Shown here: positions 17,879-25,991 of the stretch, piece after piece
Layout of the letters: each line of letters begins with the position of its first letter
Position numbering within the stretch: position 1 is the stretch's first letter
Source: Candidatus Woesearchaeota archaeon
GTDB lineage: Archaea; Nanobdellota; Nanobdellia; SCGC-AAA011-G17; GW2011-AR20
Direction: 5' to 3'
Assembly: GCA_964359725.1 (NCBI GenBank)
Contig: CAYHTT010000002.1
Location: forward strand, 1 to 49,213
Length of the DNA: 49,213 bases
Translations under genes and position numbers: made by a program
The notes under the pieces: generated by a model
Databases searched by the model: none
Told to the model about the DNA's origin: nothing
The model's input: only the letters and a program-made list of their open reading frames with translations

Positions 17879-19615
17879 TTAACTTATTAATATTTCAATT
17901 TCTTTTCCAATTAATTTTTTTAAACTCTCTAAAGTTTTCTCTTTCAAATAAACATCTTTAACATTAATGTTCTTTAAACTTTCATCTAGATCTTTCTGAG
18001 AAATTTCTTTAAAATTACTCAAGCTTCCATTACTTGATAAATCTGCTTTTAATATATCTTTTTCTTTTGAAGCTAGATCTTTAATTATATAAGCATTCTT
18101 CTCTAATAAATAAATTTCTCCTAATTTATCTTCATATTTAAAGCGGATTTTAACCCTCTCGCTTTCTAATCCTCTTTTTCTTTGTACAAATTCTAAAATA
18201 CTTCTAATATATTCACGAGCTTCTCTTCTTAATTTCTCATTTTCAGCTTTACTTAATTTTGTATCGCGAGCTTTAATTACCCTTTGTAATAAATTTAAGT
18301 ATCTTTTTGGTATTTCTCCTTTATCAACGACTTTCTTAATTGTTTGTTCTAATGATACTTCCTCTTTCACATCTAAAACATTAAATAAGTCACGAGTAAC
18401 AGCAATACAAGCATTATAAACATCTAATATTGATTCAGATTCTTTTCTTTTTTCTAGTTGAATAAATAATTTCTTTATTCTTTCAATATATTCTTTAACT
18501 TCCTTGACTAATTCATCTACATCTTTGCCAGAAACTTCTTTTATTTTACCATGTTCAACATCCTTATAATAATTGCGAACTTTTTCAAGAAATTTAACAT
18601 ATTTTTCTTCAAGTAATTTTTCTTTCTTAACAAAGATTTCATCCATTAACTCAATAGTTTCTGTAGGTGTAGGTGGGTTTACTCCATAAAGCATTAATAT
18701 TGCTTGTGCTGGATTTAATGTTGCATAATAAATATCCTCTACAACTATGCTAATCATTTTTCCTTTTACTCTTTCTAATAATTTTTCACCAATATCCATT
18801 TGCATGTCAATAGCTTCGGGACTTGGTTTAATTCTACCCATTTGTAATAATAAACGCCAAGGCATAAATACACCACGATCAAATAATGGAACGCCATCTC
18901 TCAAGAAAGTAAAAATTACAGGATGAGCATCTTTAACAGCATCCCAGAAGTCTGTTAAAATATAAGTTTGAATATGAAAATCTTTATTTACACCAGTAAG
19001 TTCTTTAGCTTCATAACCTTGAGTAATTATAATTGTTCTTAGTTTTTCTTTTAACTCAAATCTAGACATTCTTTTAACATCTGTATCATCAACAATAACA
19101 AAAACATCTATATCATGAGCTTTTTTATCTCCTCTAAATAAACTACCAGCTGCAACATAACTCATAATGTAACGTTCAAATTTCTTTAAAACCATTGATT
19201 TATGAACTTCTGCTATTTTAATAGCTGCAAGCATTTCTTTAGGATCATATATTTGTGCACTCATTGCAATTAACTGCAAAATTTCATATTTACCATCAAA
19301 ACAATTTTCTTTTAATTCAGATAAAAGTAAGGTTTCTGGTTTAAGATTTTTATCAATATCATTAGCAAATTTTTCTATTATCTTGCTAAGTTTTTCTTTT
19401 AACTCAAATTTACTCATTTTCTTGCTGTCAGAATCATCTACTAAAACTAAAACATTTATGCTAGTTTTATCATCTTGTTTAGGTGGAAGTAAAGCTATTC
19501 CTAAAATATATTCGGAAAATTCCTTTAAAACAAGCTTCTTGAATTTATCTAGCTTTAGCTTTAATTGCTCAAATTTCTTCTTTAAATCTTCTGGAATTTT
19601 TGGTTGCTTGTTCAT
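17879..19615 (-). CDS. tandem Pol-beta-superfamily nucleotidyltransferase-domain protein with a long helical C-terminal region
   Basis: Two related modules are present: INVLVLVDDSDSKKMSKFELKEKLSKII (aa 53-80) and GSLFRGDKKAHDIDVFVIVDDTDVKRMSRFELKEKLRTII (aa 157-196). Only the second has the G[S]x9-13DxD NTase signature. The stop lies 1 nt from the L35Ae start. Confidence 0.7.
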   Translation of the reverse strand: MNKQPKIPEDLKKKFEQLKLKLDKFKKLVLKEFSEYILGIALLPPKQDDKTSINVLVLVDDSDSKKMSKFELKEKLSKIIEKFANDIDKNLKPETLLLSELKENCFDGKYEILQLIAMSAQIYDPKEMLAAIKIAEVHKSMVLKKFERYIMSYVAAGSLFRGDKKAHDIDVFVIVDDTDVKRMSRFELKEKLRTIIITQGYEAKELTGVNKDFHIQTYILTDFWDAVKDAHPVIFTFLRDGVPLFDRGVFMPWRLLLQMGRIKPSPEAIDMQMDIGEKLLERVKGKMISIVVEDIYYATLNPAQAILMLYGVNPPTPTETIELMDEIFVKKEKLLEEKYVKFLEKVRNYYKDVEHGKIKEVSGKDVDELVKEVKEYIERIKKLFIQLEKRKESESILDVYNACIAVTRDLFNVLDVKEEVSLEQTIKKVVDKGEIPKRYLNLLQRVIKARDTKLSKAENEKLRREAREYIRSILEFVQRKRGLESERVKIRFKYEDKLGEIYLLEKNAYIIKDLASKEKDILKADLSSNGSLSNFKEISQKDLDESLKNINVKDVYLKEKTLESLKKLIGKEIEILIS

Positions 19616-19621
19616 AATTAT

Positions 19622-19774
19622 TTAGCTTAATTTTTGTTTTTTAAAGCTTTTCTTTTCATATTTCTCAAGAACAATCGGACCTTGATAACCACAATTATTA
19701 CAAATATAATTATTAGTAAAGCCTAGTAAAAATGGCTTAATTTTATCACTTTTGCATCTTGGACAAATATTCAT
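19622..19774 (-). CDS. small zinc-ribbon protein (50 aa)
   Basis: Manual translation gives MNICPRCKSDKIKPFLLGFTNNYICNNCGYQGPIVLEKYEKKSFKKQKLS, with CxxC...CxxC. It ends 6 nt before the NTase gene start. Confidence 0.45.
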   Translation of the reverse strand: MNICPRCKSDKIKPFLLGFTNNYICNNCGYQGPIVLEKYEKKSFKKQKLS

Positions 19775-19822
19775 TATAATGTAAAGATTTGATTTTATTT
19801 AAATCTTGTTAAATAGCTAAAA

Positions 19823-19832
19823 TTTATAAATA
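19823..19832 (+). promoter_or_regulatory. TATA box (TTTATAAATA) for tRNA-Val
   Basis: The consensus lies 22-31 nt upstream of the mature tRNA 5' end at 19854. Confidence 0.5.
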
Positions 19833-19853
19833 TAAAAAAATAAAAATTTTTAA

Positions 19854-19927
19854 GGGCTTGTGGTCCAGTGGTTTAAGACGTCACGTTTACACCGTGAAGG
19901 TCCCCAGTTCGAATCTGGGCAGGCCCA
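19854..19927 (+). tRNA. tRNA-Val (anticodon TAC), no intron
   Basis: Hand-folded cloverleaf: acceptor GGGCTTG/CAGGCCC, anticodon stem TCACG/CGTGA, loop TTTACAC, T arm CCCAG-TTCGAAT-CTGGG, discriminator A. Confidence 0.88.
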
Positions 19928-19988
19928 CTCATTTCCAAAAAGTTTTTAAATAAGTTCATTATTAAAAATTAAATAAAATTTAATTGAA

Positions 19989-20597
19989 ATGTTGTACGTT
20001 CCTAAAGCAATATTCTTTACCAAAGGTAAAGGAGTACATAAAGATTATTTGCAGTCTTTTGAGCTTGCATTAAGAGATGCAAAAATCGAGAAATTTAATT
20101 TAGTTACTGTTTCTAGTATTTATCCACCGGGTTGTAAAAGAAGTCCTGTAGAAGATGCAATAGCATATTTAGAACAATATGCAGGTGCACGTTTAGAAGT
20201 AGTAATGGCACGTAATCATACAAATGAACCTAATAGATTAATTGCTGCTTCAATTGGGGTTGCAATACCTGCAGACGATAAACAATATGGTTATTTATCT
20301 GAACATCATCCTTTTGGAGAAACTGATGAAAAGGCTGGGGAATATGCAGAAGATCTTGCAGCAACAATGTTAGCAACAACTTTAGGAATAGAATTTGATG
20401 CTGACACAGCATGGGATGAACGTGAAAAAATTTATAAAATGTCTGGCAAAATAGTTAAGAGTTATAATATTACTCAAAGTGCTGAGGGGGATAAAAACGG
20501 TTTTTGGACAAGTGTAATAGCCGCCGGTGTTTTTTTACCAGAGATTCCCCCTAAAAAGAATGGAAAAAATTTACAAGAAATTATAAATCAATCATAA
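19989..20597 (+). CDS. pdaD: pyruvoyl-dependent arginine decarboxylase
   Basis: The N-terminus [46 protein letters not shown] includes the self-cleavage Ser-Ser site typical of PdaD. Confidence 0.82.
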   Translation: MLYVPKAIFFTKGKGVHKDYLQSFELALRDAKIEKFNLVTVSSIYPPGCKRSPVEDAIAYLEQYAGARLEVVMARNHTNEPNRLIAASIGVAIPADDKQYGYLSEHHPFGETDEKAGEYAEDLAATMLATTLGIEFDADTAWDEREKIYKMSGKIVKSYNITQSAEGDKNGFWTSVIAAGVFLPEIPPKKNGKNLQEIINQS

Positions 20598-20632
20598 AGC
20601 TTAAATAAAGTTATTTTCTCTTTTTATATTAT

Positions 20633-20739
20633 GCGATAGTAGTATAGTGGTTAGTATACGAGCTTGCCAAGAAACTTTTTTCAAAAGTTTCATCAAAAGC
20701 AAAAAGCTCGTGACCCGGGTTCGACTCCCGGCTATCGCA
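20633..20739 (+). tRNA. tRNA-Gly (anticodon GCC) with a 35-nt canonical 37/38 intron (20670-20704)
   Basis: Acceptor GCGATAG/CTATCGC, anticodon stem CGAGC/GCTCG, loop TTGCCA|intron|A. The BHB has a TTGC/GCAA central helix flanked by 3-nt bulges, and the intron has an internal hairpin GAAACTTTT-TTC-AAAAGTTTC. Confidence 0.85.
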
Positions 20740-20782
20740 TTTTACAAAAAGCTTTTAATTAGCAAATTCTTTTTACTTTCTT

Positions 20783-21685
20783 ATGTATAAATTTAAAGAA
20801 AAATTCCTAGAGCATTATAGTAAATTAACTGATATTAAAGAGTTCTGTGAATATTGTATTAAGCCATTAAATAAAAGTATAAGAGTAAATACATTAAAAA
20901 TTACAGTAAAAGAATTAAAAGAAAGATTAAATGATTATGAGTTTAAACAAATTCCTTGGTGTAAAGAAGGATTTTGGATTAAAGGACCTAGAACAGATTT
21001 AGGAAATTTAATGGAACATAGTTTAGGATATTTTTATGTTCAAGAAGCTGCATCAATGATTCCGCCATTAGTATTAGAGCCTAAGCCAAATGAGGTAGTA
21101 TTGGATTTAGCAGCTGCTCCTGGCTCAAAAACTACACAGATTGCTCAATTAATGCAGAATAAAGGAATTATAATAGCAAATGATATTGCTTATGATAGAT
21201 TAAAACCATTAACAATTAATTTAGAAAGATGTGGAATTAGTAATACAATTGTAACATTACGCTCTAATTATAGTTTTAAGGAAATGAGATTTGATAAAAT
21301 TTTATTAGATGCACCTTGCTCTGGTTCTGGTGCAATCCGTAAGTCATTAAAGACATTAAAAATTTGGAATCCATATATGGTTAATAAATTAGCTAATCAA
21401 CAAAAAAGATTATTGTTAAATGCTTTTGACTCATTACAAGAAGATGGTATATTAGTTTACTCAACTTGTTCTATTGATCCAGAAGAAAATGAAGATGTAA
21501 TTAATTTCTTATTAAATAACAGGCAAGTAAAATTAGAAAAAATTGATCTAGATATTAAAAGAAGTCCTATCATATTAGATTATGGAAAAGAGCATTATAA
21601 TAATGAGATTGAAAAATGCTTGAGAATATGGCCACAAGATAATAATACAGAAGGATTTTTTGTGGCTAAAATAAAAAGAGCTTAG
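20783..21685 (+). CDS. NOL1/NOP2/Sun-family RNA cytosine-C5 methyltransferase
   Basis: SAM motif LDLAAAPGSKT and catalytic Cys motifs DAPCSGSG and YSTCS. Confidence 0.85.
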   Translation: MYKFKEKFLEHYSKLTDIKEFCEYCIKPLNKSIRVNTLKITVKELKERLNDYEFKQIPWCKEGFWIKGPRTDLGNLMEHSLGYFYVQEAASMIPPLVLEPKPNEVVLDLAAAPGSKTTQIAQLMQNKGIIIANDIAYDRLKPLTINLERCGISNTIVTLRSNYSFKEMRFDKILLDAPCSGSGAIRKSLKTLKIWNPYMVNKLANQQKRLLLNAFDSLQEDGILVYSTCSIDPEENEDVINFLLNNRQVKLEKIDLDIKRSPIILDYGKEHYNNEIEKCLRIWPQDNNTEGFFVAKIKRA

Positions 21686-21772
21686 TGGGGTTGGCAGGAT
21701 TTGAACCTGCGACCTCGTGGTTTTTAGCTTTTGTCCCTAACCACGTATCATACCAAGCTAGACCACAACCCC
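21686..21772 (-). tRNA. tRNA-Pro with apparent anticodon AGG (21736-21738) and a 13-nt 37/38 intron (21722-21734)
   Basis: Reverse complement reads GGGGTTG TG GTCT AGCTTGGTA TGAT A CGTGG TTAGGG|ACAAAAGCTAAAA|A CCACG AGGTC GCAGG TTCAAAT CCTGC CAACCCC A. The BHB has a TTAG/CTAA central helix with bulges GGA and AAA. G37 and A73 fit Pro identity. Confidence 0.78.
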
Positions 21773-21815
21773 ATAAAGAAAATTATTTATACTACATTTA
21801 TATAATTAACCTTAG

Positions 21816-22307
21816 ATGGAAGATTATATTATTATTGGTATAGATCCTGGAACAACTAAAGGTTATGCGGTTTTAGACTTTAATGGTGATATTCTAGCAG
21901 CAAACTCAAGTAAAAAACTTAATATAGAAACAATAATTAAAGAGGTATTTAAATTTGGCAAACCAGTATTAATTGGAACAGATGTAAATAAAGTTCCTAG
22001 TTTTGTTGAAAAAGTTGCAGCAAGATTAGGAGCACGAGTAAGTAAACCAGAATTTAATATACCAAAACAACATAAAAGAATCATTATTAAGAGATTTTTA
22101 AAAGATAAAAAATTTCAAACGAGTAATAAACATGAAAGTGATGCTTTAATTGCAGCAATATTAGCTTATAAAAGTATTAAGCCTTTATTAAAAAAAATAG
22201 AAGATAAACTAACTAACACTAGTAAATCTTATTTAATAGAGGATATTAAAAAAATAGTTGTTAAAGAAAATATTAATATTAAAGACGCTGTTAAATTACT
22301 CGAGTAA
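21816..22307 (+). CDS. DUF460-like RNase H-fold (RuvC/YqgF-like) putative nuclease, short form
   Basis: IIGIDPGTTKGYAVLD..., LIGTDVNKVP and NKHESDALIAAILAY resemble the acidic triad layout of RuvC-like nucleases (COG2433 N-terminal domain). The 3' end overlaps the rad50 3' end by 17 nt. Confidence 0.55.
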   Translation: MEDYIIIGIDPGTTKGYAVLDFNGDILAANSSKKLNIETIIKEVFKFGKPVLIGTDVNKVPSFVEKVAARLGARVSKPEFNIPKQHKRIIIKRFLKDKKFQTSNKHESDALIAAILAYKSIKPLLKKIEDKLTNTSKSYLIEDIKKIVVKENINIKDAVKLLE

Positions 22308-24345
22308 TATGTTGTTGTTTATTTAGTCTAATAACATAATCAACAAAACTTTCTATTTTTGGTTCATGACTTACTAGAATTAATTGTTTTAAATTTAATT
22401 CTCCTAAAACATTCCTTACACGATCAAGTTGTTCATCTGAAAATCCATCTGTTGGCTCATCTAAGATTAATAAATCTCGTGTTTTAATATTTGTCATTAA
22501 ATTATTTATAACTTGATTTAAAGCTAATCTATAAGCTAAAGCAGTAGCTGTTTTTTCTCCACCAGAAAGATAAATAAAATCTAAATCATGACCATTTTGT
22601 TCAATTATGGGAGTAAATTCCTCATCTAAATTAACTTGGATATTTTCAATTTCCATAAGCATGTTAAACCATTTTTGGAATAAAGAATTAAAATCATTAT
22701 AAACACGTAGCATAATTTGCTTCTCAATTACATTAACAATATTTTCAAAATATTCCTCTAACCAATTTTGTATATTTGCTAAATTATTAATATTATTTTT
22801 AACTGCTAATTTATAGGAGATTTCTTGATTTAAATTATCAATAATTTTATTAAGCTCATTTAAATTTGCTAGATAAGTTGCTCTTTCTAACTCTAAATTA
22901 CGTTCTTTCTTCTGCAAATCTTCTAATTCTTTTTTTAATCTCTCAAATTTTGTTTCATCATATTCTTTTATTCTAAAATTTAATCCATTAATTTTTTCTT
23001 TTAATGAATTTATATCTTCACTTAATCTAGTTTGTTCTTTAAGTAATAGGTTTTTTCTTTGTTTTTTCTCTTTTAAATTATCTATTTTTAATTTAATTAA
23101 ATCATAATTTGCTTTTTCTTCTCTTAATTTTTCTAAATTATTTTTAAAATCATTTAAAGAATCTTGTAAGCTAAATTTTTTATTTTTATAATTCATTATT
23201 TCTTTATCGTAATTTTGGATTTTATAATTCTCAGTATCTTTAATTTGGGTTTTATGCTCATGAGTTACATTTTGTTTACATAAAGGACATTCTTTAAGCT
23301 CAAGAATTTTAGATTTTAGCTCAGTAGACTGTAATTTTTTTGTTTCAAATTCATTTAATTTTTTATTAACTTGCTCTAATTCATTTTCATAACTTTTAAT
23401 TTTATCATTAAAATCTTTAATTTTATTATTAACTTCCTCAATATCTAGCAATTCTAATTTTGTATCTTTTTCTAATTTATTTATTGTTAAGATTAAATTT
23501 TCAATTTCCTTGGAATTGTTTTCATAATTTTCTAAAATGTTATCGAGTTTAACTTTATTTATTTCAATTTCTTTTTTTAACTCCTTTAATTTATTAACTT
23601 CATTTTCACTAAGTTTAATTTCTTCTCTTTTTTTATCAACGTCCTTATTAATATCATTTATTTTTGGAATTATTTCTTTTATATTATCATCAAGATTAGA
23701 ATGCTCTTTAATTTTATTTTGTAATTCTCTTTTCTTGTCTTCTAAATCATAAATCTTGCCTTCTAATTCTTTTCTTTTTTGTTTTAAATATTGTGTATAA
23801 ATTTTAGAATTTTCTTTAATACGTTTATACTTATCAATATCAAATACTTTTCTTAATGTATCTAATCTAATATCTTTATCCCCTAGTAAAATTGATTTCA
23901 TCTCTTCTTGAGGTGTATAAACAGTATAACGATAAATTAAAGATTTAGATTTAGTGAGTAATTCTTTAGGATAATTTAATAAATCCAGAATATCTTGTTT
24001 AAGTTCAATAGCACTTCTCTCTTTTTTTTCATTATTAATAATTATAAAGCCGGTATCTTGCGTAACTGAATCATGATTTCTTTTTAAACTTCTTTTAATT
24101 ACAACATCTTTATTCTCTATATTAAAATTAAGCTCTACTTCACCTTCATTTGTCCCATTCCTAAGTAAGCTTGCTCCTGATAAATTACCTCTTCTTAATC
24201 CAAATAATGCAAAATCTATAGCTAATAATATAGAAGATTTCCCAGAGCCAATATCCCCTGCTAATAAAATACTTCCTTCTGGAAAATTTATTTCCTCTTC
24301 TAAATAACTTCTAATATTTTTTAATTTAATTTTTTTAATTATCAT
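22291..24345 (-). CDS. rad50: DNA double-strand break repair ATPase Rad50
   Basis: Walker A GDIGSGKSS, a long coiled coil with the zinc hook CPLC, signature LSGGEKT, Walker B LLILDEPTDGF. The start is taken at MIIKKIKLKNIRSY (24345) rather than at the upstream Met of the listed ORF. Confidence 0.88.
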   Translation of the reverse strand: MIIKKIKLKNIRSYLEEEINFPEGSILLAGDIGSGKSSILLAIDFALFGLRRGNLSGASLLRNGTNEGEVELNFNIENKDVVIKRSLKRNHDSVTQDTGFIIINNEKKERSAIELKQDILDLLNYPKELLTKSKSLIYRYTVYTPQEEMKSILLGDKDIRLDTLRKVFDIDKYKRIKENSKIYTQYLKQKRKELEGKIYDLEDKKRELQNKIKEHSNLDDNIKEIIPKINDINKDVDKKREEIKLSENEVNKLKELKKEIEINKVKLDNILENYENNSKEIENLILTINKLEKDTKLELLDIEEVNNKIKDFNDKIKSYENELEQVNKKLNEFETKKLQSTELKSKILELKECPLCKQNVTHEHKTQIKDTENYKIQNYDKEIMNYKNKKFSLQDSLNDFKNNLEKLREEKANYDLIKLKIDNLKEKKQRKNLLLKEQTRLSEDINSLKEKINGLNFRIKEYDETKFERLKKELEDLQKKERNLELERATYLANLNELNKIIDNLNQEISYKLAVKNNINNLANIQNWLEEYFENIVNVIEKQIMLRVYNDFNSLFQKWFNMLMEIENIQVNLDEEFTPIIEQNGHDLDFIYLSGGEKTATALAYRLALNQVINNLMTNIKTRDLLILDEPTDGFSDEQLDRVRNVLGELNLKQLILVSHEPKIESFVDYVIRLNKQQHITRVI

Positions 24346-24739
24346 CTTTCTTCCAAATAAAATGTGAAATATAAGCTGGTTTCCAGCCTTCACTATAATA
24401 ATGACCCCTGTAAATTATTTTATCATAATAAATATATTCGGGTAGTGCTGCTGCAAATGCAAATTCGCTATTATAAGTTTTTTTACGCAACCAAAACTCA
24501 ACTTCCAGCTCATTTAAACCCTTTTTCAAGCAAGTTTCTAATAAACAGTTTCCATTCTGTAAACGATCTTTACGAGAATTATTATTTATATAAAAAAAAT
24601 ATGCATTAGGAACTAACGATTCCATTTCATTAATCAATATATTTCTAATTAATTTATCTATGGTTTTAAAATTTCTTACCCTCAAATTCTTATATTCCTT
24701 ATACTTCCTTAATAATTTACCTTTATAGTAAAATGACAT
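24335..24739 (-). CDS. hypothetical protein embedded between mre11 and rad50
   Basis: 134-aa Tyr/Lys-rich ORF. It starts 3 nt after the mre11 stop and overlaps the rad50 start by 11 nt. No motif recognised. Confidence 0.5.
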   Translation of the reverse strand: MSFYYKGKLLRKYKEYKNLRVRNFKTIDKLIRNILINEMESLVPNAYFFYINNNSRKDRLQNGNCLLETCLKKGLNELEVEFWLRKKTYNSEFAFAAALPEYIYYDKIIYRGHYYSEGWKPAYISHFIWKKDDN

Positions 24740-24742
24740 TTT

Positions 24743-25903
24743 CTAAAGCTCGAATATTTTATCAATATCTTTAATTAATCTGGATTCAAAGTCTATATTA
24801 CGCTCGCCCTCATCTTTTTCTAAATTAAAGGCTTGCATTAAATTAACAATAATTTTATCTTCGTCTTTAATTTTATTGCTTAAATGCTCTTTTATTATAG
24901 CTAGTTCAACATCTTCTATTTCACCAGCTTTTACTTCAAATTCTTTAAATTCTAAACTTTTTAATTTGCTAGTATTTTTTAAAATAATATAAGCATTTAA
25001 TTGCTCAAGTATCTTAAAATTAATATCACTTGGTTTTCCACTTGCTAAAGTTCCTTCTATCCGTATAAGCAAGATTTTATCTTTTACATCTTTTATTTTT
25101 CTTAATTCATTTTCTACTTGCTCAGATGTTTTATCTTGAGCATTAATTAAATAATAAACAACATCTTTAAGTTTAATTTCTTTTCTTGTAATATTAAGTT
25201 TCTCGTCAACAATGAAAAATCCACCATTTTTTAATTCCTCTAATTCTTTAAAACTATTTGGAAATAATGGACCAGGATAAGCTATTAATCCATAACCTTG
25301 TTTAAATTCATTATAAACAGCATGAGTATGGCCACCTGCATAATAATTAAAGTTTTTAGGTAAGTCAGTATAACTTTGAGCAGAAATATTTTCAAGTTCT
25401 TTTGGCTTAAATTCTTCAAGCAAAGCATGAAACATAAATATTTTAAACCCAGGTTCACTTGCTAAATTTTCTTTATCTATTTCTTTGTATAAGTTACGAT
25501 CTAAACCAGCCCTTAACCCGTATATACCAGTTATTTTTGTATTAGTTTTATCTATTGTAAACCCTAATTTACCATTATCAAATTTCATTGCATTTTCTAA
25601 TAAGCCAGATTTTTCTAAAACATCTAGCATTGTTTTTCCACTTGGACTAAAATCATGACTTCCAGGAATTACATAACATGTTATATCATGCTCGCGTAAC
25701 TTATCTAAAGCTTGAGCAGTTCTTTTTAATATATCTATACTTGGTAGACTAGTATTAAATAAGTCTCCAGAAATTAAAACAAATGCAACATTTTCTTTAA
25801 TACATTCATTAATTGCAGTTTCAAAAGCTTTTATGCTAAGCTCTTTTAATCTCTCCTCTCTCCAACCACCTACATGACAATCAGACATATGAGCAAATTT
25901 CAT
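24743..25903 (-). CDS. mre11: DNA double-strand break repair nuclease Mre11
   Basis: Calcineurin-like phosphoesterase motifs SDCHVG, GDLFN, PGSHD and GGHTH, with the gene positioned upstream of rad50. Confidence 0.88.
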   Translation of the reverse strand: MKFAHMSDCHVGGWREERLKELSIKAFETAINECIKENVAFVLISGDLFNTSLPSIDILKRTAQALDKLREHDITCYVIPGSHDFSPSGKTMLDVLEKSGLLENAMKFDNGKLGFTIDKTNTKITGIYGLRAGLDRNLYKEIDKENLASEPGFKIFMFHALLEEFKPKELENISAQSYTDLPKNFNYYAGGHTHAVYNEFKQGYGLIAYPGPLFPNSFKELEELKNGGFFIVDEKLNITRKEIKLKDVVYYLINAQDKTSEQVENELRKIKDVKDKILLIRIEGTLASGKPSDINFKILEQLNAYIILKNTSKLKSLEFKEFEVKAGEIEDVELAIIKEHLSNKIKDEDKIIVNLMQAFNLEKDEGERNIDFESRLIKDIDKIFEL

Positions 25904-25991
25904 AACTATAATATATTAAGAAAATTTATTAAACTTATGTAGTATAAAAATAAAGAAAACATTTTTATATTATTAAATTCCTTAATATAAT

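Noticed and set aside
21686-21772. Alternative reading of the minus-strand tRNA as tRNA-Leu(TAG), by shifting the anticodon stem by one nucleotide
   Set aside because: The shifted stem has an A-A mismatch and puts G at position 32. The variable loop is only 5 nt, whereas archaeal tRNA-Leu has a long variable arm. The BHB geometry supports the unshifted frame.
24346-24393. N-terminal extensions of listed ORFs: rad50 to 24393, PAC2-like to 32582, argS to 35752, and the 99-aa ORF from 43426
   Set aside because: The conserved family N-termini begin at internal Met codons (MIIKKIKLKN, MELILEE, MDVFKQH, MVQRNN). Using these also gives tidier gene junctions.
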